From Mobula hypostoma (Eukaryota): a stretch of DNA of 64,000 nucleotides. Of the stretch, positions 13,440-26,980 are shown piece by piece. The notes below the pieces were generated by a model. It saw nothing but the letters and a program-made list of their open reading frames with translations, searched no databases and was not told the origin of the DNA. The stretch is taken from assembly GCF_963921235.1 (NCBI RefSeq), contig NW_026948187.1, positions 7,068,001-7,132,000 of the forward strand. Direction: 5' to 3'. The position numbers were made by a program, and so were the translations under genes. The number at the start of each line of letters is the position of its first letter. Position 1 is the stretch's first letter.

Positions 13440-16260
13440 ATACCATGAGACCATAAGACAAAGGGGCAGAAGTAGGCCATTGGGCCCATCGAGTCCGCTC
13501 CGCCATTGTATCATGAGCTGCTCCATTCTCCTATTTAGTCCCACTCCCCCGCCTTCTCACCATAACCTTTGAAGCCCTGGCTACTCAGATACCTATCAAT
13601 CTCTGCCTTAAATACACCCAATGACTTGACCTCCACTGCTGCCCGTGGCAACAAATTCCATAGATTCACCACCCTCTAACTAAAAAAAAATCTTCGCATT
13701 TCTGTTCGGAAAGGGCGCCTTTCAATCTTTAAGTCATGCCCTCTCGTACTAGACTCCCCCATCATGGGAAACAACTTTGCCACATCCACTCTGTCCATGC
13801 CTTTTAACATTCGAAATGTTTCTATGAGGTCTCCCCTCATTCTTTCAAACTCCAAGGAATACAGTCCAAGAGCGGACAAACTTTCCTCATACGTTAACCC
13901 TCTCATTCCCGGAATCGTTCTAGTGAATCTTCTCTGTACCCTATCCGAAGTCAGCACATCCTTTCTTAAATAAGGAGACCAAAATTGTGTATTTTACTTC
14001 AAGTGAGGTCTCACCAGCGCCTTATAGAGCCTCAAAATCACATCCCTGCTCCTATACTCTGTTCCTCCAGAAATGATTGCCGACATTGCAGTCACCTTCT
14101 TCACTATTGACTCAACCTGGAGGTTATCTTTAAGGGTATACTGTACGAGGTCTCCCAAGTCCCGTTACATCGCAGATCTTTGAATTCTATACTCATTTAA
14201 TTAATAGTCTGCCCGTTTATTTATTTCTGACAGGGCATAACTATACACTTTCCAACATTGTACCTCATTTGCAACTTCTCTGCCCATTCTTCCAATCTAT
14301 CCATGTCTCTCTGCAGACTCTCCGTTTCCTCAGCACTACCAACCCCTACACCTATCTTCGTATCGTCAGCAGACTTAGTCACAAAACCATCTATTCCATC
14401 ATTAAATCATTGATATGCATTGTAAAAAGAAGCGCTCCCAACACTGATCCCTGTGGAACACCACTGGTAACCGGTAGCCAACAGGAATAGGATCCGTTTA
14501 TTCCCACTCTCTGTTTCCTGCCAATCAGCCAACGCTCTATCAACGTAACTTTCCCATAATTCCATGGGCTCTTATCTTGTTACGTAGCCTCATGTGTGGC
14601 ACCTTGTCAAAGGCCTTTTGAAAATCCAAATATACAACATCCACTGCATCTCCCTTGTCTAGCCTACTGGTAATTTCCTCAAAACATTGTCATAGGTTTG
14701 TCAGGCAGGATTTTCCTTTAAGTAATCCATGCTGAGTTCTGCCTATCTTCTCATATGCCTCCAGGTACTCCATAACCTCATCCTTGACAATCGACTCCAA
14801 CAACTTCCCAAGCACCGTCGTCAAGCTAACAGGTCTATAATTTCATTTTTGCTTCCTTGCCCCCTTCTTAAATAGCGGAGTGACATTTGCAATGTTCCAG
14901 TCTTCCGGAACCATGCCAGAATCTATCGACTTCTGAGAGATCATCGCTAATGCCTCCGGAATCTCCACAGCTACTTCCTTCAGAACACGAGGGTGCATTC
15001 CATCTGGTCCGTAAGATTTATCTACCTTTAGCCTATTCAGCTTCCTGAGTAATTTCTCTGCGTAATTGTGACTGCGCACACTTCTCTTCCCTGCCACCCT
15101 TGAGTGTCCGGTATACTGCTCATGTCTTCCTCAGTGAAGATGATGCTAAATACTCGTTCAGTTCCTCTGCCATCTGCTTATCTCCCATTACAATTTCTCC
15201 AGCATCATTTTCCATTGGTCCTATATCTACTCTCACCTGTCTTTTACTCTTTATATACTTGAAAAAGCTTTTAGTATCCTCTTTGATATAATTTGCTAGC
15301 TTCCTTTCATAGTTAATCTTTTCTCTCTTAATTTTCTTCTTGGCTTCCTTTTGTCGGGTTCTACAATCTTCCCAATGCTCTGTTTCCCACTATTTTTTGG
15401 TTACTTGTATGCCCTCTCCTTTGTTTTAACTTTGGCTTTGACTTCTCTTGTCAACCATGGTTGCATCATTTTTCCACTCGTAAATGTCTTCTTTTTTGGA
15501 ATATACCTGTCTTGCATATTCTTCATTCCTCGCATAAACTCCAGCCATTGCTGTTCTGCTGTCTTTCCTGCCAGTGTCCCTTTCCAGTCAACTTTGGCCA
15601 GTTCCTCTCTCATGCCACTGTAATTTCCTTTACTCCATCAGATTTCGGTTTCTCTTTTTCTAATTTCAAAGTGAACTCAATCATGTTATGATCACTGCTT
15701 CCTAAGGGTTCCTTCACATCAATCTCTCTAATCACCTCCCGTTCATTACACAATATCCAATCTAGTACAGCCGATCCCCTGGTAGGCTCAACAACAAGCT
15801 GTTCTGAAAAGCCATCTCGCAGACATTCTACAAATTCTCTCTCTTGAGGTCCAGTGCTGACCTGATTTTCCCAGTGTACTCGCATGTTAAAATCCTACAC
15901 AATTATCATAACACTGCCCTTCTGACAAGCCTTTTCTATCTCCAGTCGTAATTTGTAGTCCACATCCCTGCAGCTGTTTGGAGGCCTATAAATAACTGCC
16001 ATAAGGGTCCTTTTACCCCTGCTATTTCTTAGCTCAACCCATAAAGATTCTGCACTTTCCGATCCTATATCACCTCTTTCTAAGGATTTAATATCAGTTT
16101 TTACCAATAAAGCCACGCCTCCCCCTCTGCCTACCCCCCCCCCCCTATCCTTCCGATACACCGTGTATCCTTGGTTGTTCAACTCCCAGAGACAGGCATA
16201 CTTTAGCTAGGTCTCAGTGATGGCCACAGTACCATACCTGCCAATCTATAGCTGCACAAC
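13440..16260 (-). mobile_element. CR1 LINE, decayed, ~2.8 kb, antisense, 3' end just after the GPCR1 stop codon
   Basis: Minus-strand fragments VYRPPNS, SDHN, KSYGPDGMHPRVLKEVA and RVQRRFTRTIPGM. The 3' tail appears as ccatgagaccataagac on the + strand. Confidence 0.9.
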
Positions 16261-18345
16261 AAGATCATCTGGTAGGTTAATTGGTCATTGTAAATTGAAG
16301 GGCCGATGGGACCGTGATGCATTTCGCCAGTCAAGACCTGACAGTTGGGAACCTACTGGAAGTAAGCTTTTGGGACTGACCTCTTCCGGTAGGCTGATCC
16401 ACAGCACCGATCTGCATTGGATACCATAGATTCAAGTTTGTCCTGGACATAGAGGACAGAGCTCAGGGTTCGAGGGCAGCCATTCTGCATGTGACAAGTT
16501 TTGGAGATGTAACGGCGTTTAACTTGCATGAAAATTCTGGTGATTCCTTAATATGCCTCTAGGTGACACACAAAGTGATGAAGTTGAAGATGTTGAAGGA
16601 GCCTGGTAAAAGTGCAGATGGGTTGAAAATGTGGTCACAGAAATCACAACTGTGTCAAAGTAATACGACAGTTCGGTGTCTGTTGCTTCGAAACGATAGA
16701 GAAATACGGGATTATCCCCCCGGCGTGTAAGTCTATGACTGTGACCTCTCTGCTGTTTGATACACAATGCAAAAATAAAAGAAAAGTAGATTCGTATGCA
16801 ACCAGAAGATGGCAGTCGACAATGCAGAGATTTCAATGTGTCACCTGGGAATCGTATTGTAATTACAATGGAGAAATAACAGTCTGTAGATGAAGTTCGA
16901 CAGTGAGCTGTTCCGGGATTTGTGATATCTATAAATGACTCGGTTGCATGTAAATGAGTTGACTAATAATCTTGCAGACGACCCAAAATTTAATTTGAAA
17001 CATACACAAAGTGCCGGAGGTTCTTCGGGCGGTAATTTCAAATGAACTCTAAAGAGCAATACCTTTACACAGAGAGTAGTGGGTGCAAGGCCTGCACTTC
17101 CTGGTGTGGTGGTGGGGACACAAGGAGGGGAGACATTGGGGAGCTGCTGAGACAGATATGTGCCTCTGAGGAAAATGGAAGGACATGCTCATAATTCAAG
17201 CAGACAAGATTGGTTAGCCATTAGGTTACTTATCTAACTGGTACAGCGCGACTTTGTGGGTCGACGGGACTGCTCTGGTGCTGTCATGTTCCAATGAAGA
17301 GAATGAACAGCTGACACTTTGGAGAGACTTTTTTTCTGGATTGGAAAGGTCATGGGGCCGGCTGAGGGGACAATGAGGTAGATTACCTGCTGACGTGGGG
17401 AGGGGTCGTGTTGTGAAAATAAGTGATGGACAGTGTAGAGTCGGACGGGATCATGTAAGAAACTGAGCGGTGATCGGCGGAAACTGTACGAGAACGTAGA
17501 TGTGGGAACAAGAGGGCACTAGCTAGTACACGAAAGGGAGGAAGGGGAGAGGATGGGTAGGTGAACTTAGAAGAAGAAACGAGAGAGGAATCAGAAACGT
17601 GGATGGAACAGGGGAAAATAGTGAGAGGGGACAAAGAGGCTGGTGCTAGAGAAATCGATGTTCATACACTCAGGTAGCAAACTACACAGACCGAATATGA
17701 ACTGTTTACGCTAAAAATATTATTCCAGCACCAAAGACCGTGGACGGGCTCTCAGCCTAACGGTTAGCGTCGGAGTTCTGAGATCACTTGCTTTGTCCTC
17801 GGTAAGGACAATCTGTACGTCCCACTCGTTCAATTCACTCGTTTTCCCCGTCTGCTTTTCCACAGCTAAAAGACGTGTCCGGTAGGTTCGTTACTTTTTA
17901 TACATTGATATTTGTTGAGTTGGCGCTCTATCTGTAAATATAATAAATATTTCTAGAATAAGCTCTCAGTATGGGATGGGAAGATGGAGTATATATACAG
18001 ACCAGAGGGCAGTTCTAACTGTTGCGCAGGACGGCGCCCACGGACTCGCAGAAACGTTCCCGAAACAAATTCGGATCTCACCGAAGAGGTGGAGACCGCA
18101 CCGCATTGGCAATACCGGGTACAGCAGGCGAAACCGGCAGACCGGCAGGTGTAGTGTCACCTCAGCAGAAAGACCGATTTGGGACACTGAACGTGGGTGA
18201 GGGAGACCCTGTGCGGGCCGGCGCAGGACTGGTCCTGCTTGCAGGGTTCAGCGCCAGGAGGGAGATCAGTGGGGATTCATTTAAAGCTGCTGGAACGGCA
18301 TCGGAACACATACTGTGGTCATGGTAATACAGCAAGGGTATGGGG
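15055..18345. repeat. Segmental duplication, near-identical to 1-3290
   Basis: See partner. Similarity continues at lower identity into 18345-19150 vs 3290-5915. Confidence 0.95.
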
Positions 18346-20999
18346 TCCTGTGCGGGCTGTAAAGATGTATTTTTTTTAATGAAGTGAATGCATTGCAGTC
18401 CATCATGTGTAACACCCTCCTCATTATTGATTATATCCACAAAGTACGCAGCAGCAGGAAAGCAAAATTATTCATTCGGGATACCCCCACCCCCCACCAC
18501 CACGACCAGGCCATGACCGTTTCACGCTGCTGCCATCAGGAAGGAGCTACAGGGGCGGTCGGATTGACACGACCGAGATCAAAGCAGTCAATACACCTCA
18601 AAAATTCGCCTTTTGTTGCAGAGGCGACAAATGCACACATCCTCACTTCCCGCGACATTGACCTGCACGTATGGACGCATTTTCAAGGGCTCGTCAGTCT
18701 TACCCGGCAATCTCCATGTCTTCTATCTTCCTTGCATTCCTATGACTATCCAGACGTCTCTCTAAAACATCGAATGTATTTGCCTCCATCTCCATACCAG
18801 GCAGCGGATTCCCGGCTTCCGCGGCTCTCAGAGTAAAAAGCAAAATTAACCCTCACATCTTGGTTGAAACTACTTCCTCTCATGTTCGTTGTATACACAC
18901 TGCTCTGAGATATTTCAACACTGGGGTACGGATACTCCCTATTTTCTATTGTTGTGCCTCTTGTCAGATTATAAACCTCTGCTAAATCTTCCCTCAGTCT
19001 CAATTATCCATTTTTTCCCGGGATTTTCACCGTTCTTCTTTTTAAAAAAAGATAAAACATTATCACTGGCCAGTCCTGCGGGACCTCCCCTATGGCTGCA
19101 GTGGACATGAGGAAGCCAATCAAGGCCCCAGCCATATTTCGTCTGTATTCCAACGACGTGAACTCCATAACAGTCGCGGAAGTCAATTCCTCATCTGAGC
19201 CACTCACTGGCTGTCGAAGTTCCGTCTAATCTCTGTTCTAAATGGACCAGTCTGTTCTGAGATTGTGCTCTCTGTTCCCAGACTCTTCCACATCCGCTCT
19301 ATCTTAATTCTTTTAACAATCTATAGGTTTGAATGGAATTCCCCCAGCTCCACTCATTCTTCTAAGCTACGGCAGGTACAGGCCCAGATCTTCATTCGTT
19401 AACCCCTTAATTCCCGTGGTGAGTAACTTGATCCTCCACTGGGCCCACCACAATGTCATTTGAACTTTTGTTGGAAGTGGTGGGTGTTGAAGGGAGTGAG
19501 GAGTGTGGTTCTGGAAAGTGCATTGCTCTGATCATTGCCACAACCTACGACAATCAGCTGGAATGGCCATCAAATGTGAAGAAGCATCAGATAGAATATC
19601 CGAGATTTACCTGGCCGGTTGCTCACAGCTACATCACAAATAGAGCTGGAGGAGTAATTGAATCTGCTGTGAATTCAATCAAAAGTGGTGTGGAATCCGC
19701 ATAGCGGAGGGAGAGTGAAAATCTGACTGAATAGATCCACGAAAAGAACCTCTCGCTGAAAGTCAGCAAAATCGAAGAAGTGATTATTGACAAGAGTAAG
19801 AGGAAACCCGAGATACATCAGATGTATAAAGGGTCGGTAAATTCAAATTCCTGACCGTTACAAAAAAATGCATTTCGGCTAAGCGCATAAGTGCCATCAC
19901 AAGCAAGGCGGGACAGCACCTGCACTTCATAGTAATTTCCACAGATTCGGGCTGACTTGCAAATGTTTGTCACACCTCTATCTATGGACTGTTCAGATTA
20001 CCATGACTGTTTCCTGTTATGGGCCAATGCACAGGAACTGGACCAACCTCGGGCCCTGGCTATCAAAAGGGACAGTCCTTCCCACAACAATTTCACGAAA
20101 AGCCGTTACCCTACAACTATCGGGCTCATGAACGAACCTCGATAACCTTACGAACCTCAAATCTGATGGATTGCACAAGCTATGGACTCATTTTCAAGGA
20201 CTCCACAACTCGTGTTCTTTGTGCTCTTCTATGTGTCCGTTAACGTATCTCCCATCTATCCATCCATTCATTCTTTATTCATCAATTTATTGTCGTCTTG
20301 TTTGCTCATTTTGTCATCTATTACACGTTGGTTATTTACAGGGTCTCAGTTTTGGCGTGGCACTTCAATGCTTCAGTTACACTTTTCTGTTGTTCTCATA
20401 TGCAAACGGAAAAAAAAATAAACTCAAGGTAATATTTGGTGATATACCGTAGTTTCATGATACATTTACCTTTAATTTAGACGTGAGCACATGATTATTG
20501 ACCCGATTGACAGAGAGCTGGAGAGTGTGAATTCTCCGTGTTCCTGTTGATGGAGTGGGCATTGACGCAACCGGGGAAAGAACGCAGCACAATGGGAAGA
20601 TCACGTGCTCGATTGAAATCGTGGCCGTGTTTTCCATCGTGAGAGGAATACACTGGGGTCGGCGGCAGCGAACTAGAGTATTGCAGGCTGTCCTCGTCAA
20701 ACGTCCCGCCGACAAGTAATTTGCAGATGGGTTTCGGTAATTTCTAAAGGTAAAGGAGTCAGGCACAGTGGTCAGCCCTGGGGTTAATGACAAAGGGAAA
20801 AGTTAAACAACAGTGAAAAAAGGGCATGCACATAAAAATATTTAAATAGTCCATAAAATCATTGGACATAGGTGGAGAAATAGGCCATTGTGCTCTCGAG
20901 TCTTCTACTACATTCTATCATGACTGATCCCAGAACTCACTCACCCACATAGATCTACTTTCAAGCCGCATCGTCTGATACCCTGATCAAGCAGGATGC

Positions 21000-22700
21000 G
21001 ATCGATTTCCACCTTGAATACCTGCACGGACTTGGACTCCACAGCAGTCTGTTCTGAAGGGTCGCGCCTCATTTGTGAGGTTGTGTCCTGCAGTGTTGGA
21101 TACCTTCACCAGAGGAAACATTCTTTCCACATCGATCCGATCTAGTCCTTTCATGTTCAATGGGTTTCAATGAGATCCTGCCGCATTCTTCTAAAATCCG
21201 GCGAGTACAGGCCCAAAGCTGTCAAACGCTCCTCATATGTTAACCCCTTCATTCCCCGAAATATCATCGTGAACCTCCTCTGGACTCTCACCAATAACAA
21301 CAAATTCCTTCCTGAAATACGTGCTACAAAACTGTTGGCAATACTCTCCATTGCGGCCTGACTAGAGTCTTACAATCTGTCAGCATTATCCCCTTGCTTT
21401 TATGTTCTATTCCCCTTGAAATAAATGCCAGCATTACATTTGCCTTCTTTACCACAAATGCAGCATGGAAATTAACCTTCTGAGTGTCTTGCACGAGGAC
21501 TCATGAGTCCTTCTGTACCGCTGATGTTTGAACCTTCTCCCCATTTGGATAATAGTCTGCTCTATTCTTCCTTTTACCAAAATGCATCATCATGAATTTT
21601 CCAGCACTAGATCCCATCTTCTACTTTTACCCCCATTCTTCCAATTTGTCTAAGTCTTGCTGCAAACTCATTGCTTCCTCAGCACTACCGACAGGACCCC
21701 ACCTATCTTCATTTCTTCTGCAAAGTTTGCCACAAAGCCATTATCCAAATCATGGATAAACAAAGGGAATAGTCGCTGACCCAATACTGACCCTGAGTAA
21801 CATCACTAACCACCGGCAGGCAAACACAAAAGCCTTCCTCTATTCCCACTCATTGCCTCTTGCCTATCAGCCATTCCTCTGTCCATTCCTGTATCTTTCC
21901 TGTAACGCCGGAGGATTTTATCTTGTTAAGCAGCCTGATATTTGGCACCTTCTCAAAAACCTTCNNNNNNNNNNNNNNNNNNNNNNNNNNNNNNNNNNNN
22001 NNNNNNNNNNNNNNNNNNNNNNNNNNNNNNNNNNNNNNNNNNNNNNNNNNNNNNNNNNNNNNNNNNNNNNNNNNNNNNNNNNNNNNNNNNNNNNNNNNNN
22101 NNNNNNNNNGTGACGGCGCTTTGTTTGTTTGTTTATTTATTTGTTTGTTTGTTTATGTATTTATTTATTTTTATCGGCAGGCTTTCCAATATTTACGAGG
22201 TCGAGGTGCTGGTTCGACGCTCAACCGGGAACTGATGGAAAGCGTTCAGGGGTTCTGGCTGAATTTGAACTCGATAGCCCTCGCTTCGTCGTCTGGCGCT
22301 GATGCCACTGAGCTACACGCTGGCAAAATGACATCCACTGCCTCACCTTTATCACCCCCCACCAACGGCCCCTCCCCCCTCCCCCCCCCCGCCCCCCGGT
22401 TCTCACTTTTTCGAAGAACTCTGACAGATTGGTCAGGCTAGATTTCCATTCACAGGAACACCTCTGACTTTGACTTGTTTTATCATTAGTCTCCAAGTAC
22501 GTCGCAATATCATCCTTAGCAATTGACTCCAACACTTCCTCAGTCAGATTAAGCTAACTGGCCTAACATTTCCATTCGCTTGCCTTCATCCGTTCGAAAA
22601 GAGTGTAGTCGCATTTGTAATCTTCCAGACTACCGAGATAAGCCAGAATCAAGAGATTTTTGGAAAGCAGATGACCAATATATCCATTAACTGTTCAGGG
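21000..22700 (-). mobile_element. Decayed antisense CR1 fragments spanning an assembly gap
   Basis: Minus-strand RVQRRFT...GLTYEERL and ETNDKTSQSQ...KSSLTNL remnants. Confidence 0.7.
21965..22109. other. Assembly gap (145 N)
   Basis: Run of N. Confidence 1.
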
Positions 22701-23959
22701 CTCTGAGATGTAGTCCGTTTGTCCGAAGAGATTTATCCGCCATAACACCTTTGTGTGTGCCGAACACTTTTTCATCTGTAATAAGGTTTGCACTCACTCC
22801 CATTCCCTGCTACTCTCGGGACTCTGGCACCCTGATAATACCGTCCACAGCAAACACATACGCAAAGAACCTGTCAGGTTCATAGGACATTATATTCGAA
22901 AGCAAAGAACCTTAGTTTTCAATTGTTACATTTCCTGTGCCCCCATTTCTGGATAAGAAAAATATACCGACTTCTTACGACCAAATTATCAATAATTCGA
23001 TTGGGACCATTTGGGGAATAGTGCCCATAATTGCAGAAGCGTTAACATCGTTACAGGTTCTGATAAGACTGGTCTTCACGGGAGAGTGCTGAGTCGGCCG
23101 AATGCCGAATAATAATGCTTTGGGCAGGAGCTGGGTAAACTTCATTTATAATCGCCGTCGGGTCAAGTCCACACATGACATGTGGATATCTCATAATAGC
23201 GATCTCAGTAACAGCATGTTTTTTTTTCTGAGGATGAAGCTAAGTGTGAAGCAAGACAAGGCAATGTTCGAGAAGATAAATGTTTCGAACCATTTCAGAT
23301 ATGGACGGGAGAAATAAATTATGCATGATGTTTAGTCATCCTATATCGATCCAGACATGCGGAGGTTATGAAACAAACCGCGAATGTTGAAACAAGCGAT
23401 ATTGAGAAGGAAAATGTGGTGCAAATGGGGAGCGACGAGAACGGTGGGCATTTTAAGGAAGAAAACAGGTTATCTGGAGAGAAGAAGTTCGGACATTTTT
23501 TGATAAAAGTCCATCACATCGGCGATCACCACGGAAACAGATACACTGTAGGATAAAATCTGTTGGCGAAGGATATTATTGGGTTACGATGATACTGTGA
23601 CAAAAGAGTTGAGCCGCTTGTGTTAGTATCCCGCTGCACCATATTCTGGCCTTTTTCTCCACCATCCAGGTGTTTCCACTGAACGTCCTGTTAACCCCTC
23701 CAACTGCTCAATCCCCTGTAACAACTCCTCTCACCGTTCCTTTCTGAGCCACCGCGTTGGACTCGGTGCCGGAGACAGGGCTGCTGTTGCATTCCCACGG
23801 TCGTTAGTCCCGCCAACGATATCCAAGTCGGTACACCTGTTCTTGATGGGAACGACCACAGAGCGGCTGTTCACTCCTCTTCTTCCCTCTCCTGTCGTTC
23901 ACGCCGATACCTGCCACCTGCAACTGAGCAGTTACACCTCATTCTCCCGTAAAGAGCCG

Positions 23960-26900
23960 AATGCCACAAACCTGCCACTTCAGAATAAAACATAAAAAGG
24001 ATTATTTCCTTGAACCGTTACAGATTGTCAGATTGTAGGAAGCAGTGGCTGTCTCTAAATCGTAGCGGAATGTTGGTCGCATTTCCGGACTGAATGTCCA
24101 AGGCTACACGTTGTATCGGAGGGACAGGAAGGTTTGCAGAGTGGCTAGCGTGGCTGTGCAGGTGGAGAATGGCATCAGCTCACCAGTGAGATGTGACATA
24201 GGATCGTAAGCCGTGGAATCATTGTGGGTTGTGATAAGAAAGTGACAGGGCAAAAGGACCCTCATAGGAATTGTATACAGGCCTCCCGACAGTAGCTGGA
24301 ATACAGACCACAGATTTCAACGGGAAAATGTGTGCCGAAAGGACAATATTATGATAGTTACGGCATTATCAACATGCAGCTCGATTGGCTTGGCGTCTTT
24401 TTTACAGTTCTTGCTTCAGCTGACTTTTGGATCAGCTCTTACGCATTGGGTGCTATGAAATGAATCGGAAATTATTAGGGAGCTTAAGGTAAACGAATTA
24501 TTAGGAAGCAGTGATCACAATATAACTGAGTTCAATTTGAAATATGATAAGGAAAATTAAAGTCTGACGCGGCTGTATTTCAGTTGGGTGAAGGGAAATA
24601 CAATGGTGTGAGAAAAGTATTGGCCAAATAAAATTTGGAGGATTTGCTGCCAGAATTATCTGCAGGGCAGAAGGGCGGTGAGTTTCAGGTAAAACAGAGG
24701 AACGTGCAGAATACATGCATTCTAATATTAAAGAAATACTCAGATGTCAAAACTACACAATCGTGGAAAAGCTAAAGGCAAAAGAGAAGGCATATAACAA
24801 GCAAATACTAATGGGAAAACGGAGTATTGGGAAGCTTTTGAAAACCTACAGAGATCAACTGACAGAATCGTTAGAAGGGAAAAAGAAGAAATACGAAAGC
24901 ATGCTAGGAAACAATATCAAGTTGGGTAGCGAATTCGTTTATAAATTCACATAAAGCAAAGGGAAATGAGCGTGCATATAGGACCGCTAGGAAATGAGGC
25001 AGCAGAAATAATAACGGGGGACAAGGAGATGGCCGATGAACTCTGATGAAGTAAATGAGTATTTTGCATCAATCGTCACTGTGGAAGATACCGGCAGTTT
25101 GTCTGATACTGTAGTGTGTGAAGGAGAGATGTGGGTGCGGTTATTCTTGCAAGAGAGAAGGTACTCAGAAAGCTGACTGATCTAAGTGTACATAAGTCAC
25201 CCGGACCAGATAAACTCCACATTAGGGTTGTTAACGAGTGAGCGGGAGAGACTGCGGAAGCATTAGCGATGGTCTTTATGAAATTTGTGGACTCTCGCCT
25301 GGTGCCAGAAAACGGAAAAGTTGCAAATACTACTTCACTCTTTAGGAAAGGAGGGAGATAACAGAAAGGGAGTTATACACCTGCTAGCCTGACCTTACTG
25401 GTCTAGATGTTAGATTCAATTGTTAAAGGTAAGGTAACAAAGGACAGGAGAGGACAAAGTAAGCACATCCCTCTGCTGTCTCTCCTAGTATCTTGCGCAG
25501 ATATCATCAGACCCAACGGACTGACCAATCTCAGCAATTTGTCACAATCTTGTTTGGAACAACCTGCTGGATTTCCTTGAGGAGAATATATGCAGGATAG
25601 CTACAGTGGGTGTAGTGGATGTTGTGTATTTGGATTTTCAAAAGATCTTTGACAAGGTGCCACACAAGAGGCTGCTTATGAAATTAAGAGTCCAGGGTAT
25701 TACAAGAAATACCATGAGCATTGGTTGAACGTTAGGAGCAAGCGAGCGAGAATTAATTGATCCGTTTCTGTTTGGCTGGCAGTGACTCGTGGTGCTCCGA
25801 ACGTGTCAGTGTGGGGAACAATTTTTTAGGCTCTATGTCAATGATATAGATGATGGAATTTAAGTTTTTGTTGCTAAGTTTGCAGATGGTCTAAATATGG
25901 GGTGTCGGGGCAGGTACAGCTGCCGAATGATGCAACTTGCAGAGCACCTCAGACAGATTTGGAGAATTGGCAAGAAAGTGGCAAGTGAAAAAATACACTG
26001 TTGGTAAGTGCATGCTCATGCTCTTCGGTAGAAGAAATATATTTGCAGATTACTTGCGAATCGTGGAGACAATCTATAAATTAACATTTAAGAATAAATT
26101 GGACAGATACATGGATGTGGGGTGTATGGGGGGATATGGTCCATGTGCAGGTCAGTGGGACGAGGCAGAAAATGGTTCGGCACAGCCAAGAAGGGCCAAA
26201 GGGCCTGTTTCTGTGCTGTAGTTTCTATGGTTTCTATAAATTGCGGTGCAAAGGGAATTCGGAGTCCTTGTGCAGAACACCTGAAGGGGTAACATGCAGG
26301 TCGAGTCGGAGGTAAGGCAGGAAACTATACTGTTAACATTCATTTCAAGCGGTCTAGTATACAGGGACAGTGATGCGATACTGAGACTTTACAAGGCAGT
26401 GATGAAGCCTCAGTGTGACAATTATGAACAGTTTTCGGATCCTCATCAAACAAAGACGCGCTGGCATTGCCGAGGGGCCCGGAGGAATCACAAACATGAT
26501 TCCAGGGATTAAAGGGTTATCATGTTAGTACTGTTTCTCTGCTCTGGGTCTGTACGCGACGGAACTGCAGACGGATGAGGTGGGATCCCATTTCAACCTT
26601 TCGAATGTTGAAAATCCAAGGCAGATGGATGTGGAAAGGATGTTTCCCAAAGCTGGGGTGTCTGAGACAAGAGGGTGCAGCCTCAGAATAGAGAGGCGTC
26701 CATTTGAAACAGAGAAACTGAGAATTTTCTTTCGCCAGAGGCTGGGGAATTTGGGGAATTTGTTACCACATTCAGCTGTGGTGGACATGTCCTTGCGTTT
26801 ATTTAAGCCAGAGATTTATTGGTTGTTGATTGGACGCAGCATTGAACGTTACGGGGAGAAGGCCGGAGAATGGCGGTGAGGATGGGAAGTAAAAGATCAG

Positions 26901-26980
26901 CCATGATTGAGCAGACGCGATGACCTAATTCAGTTCCTATATATGCTGGTCTTATGTTCCTGTGGCCTTAAATCAGTGAG
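23960..26980 (+). mobile_element. Old decayed CR1 LINE
   Basis: Degenerate APE and RT segments in order, ending in a ggtcttatgttcc tail. Confidence 0.75.

Noticed and set aside
21853-22441. ORFs running through N-gaps (also 38700-39029 and 62294-62716)
   Set aside because: Artefacts of translating Ns.
23343-23423. Minus-strand frame with Cys exactly 24 codons before a DRY (TM3-like spacing)
   Set aside because: The paralogous copy at ~7520-7610 reads TRI, and no other TM motifs flank it. Treated as chance.
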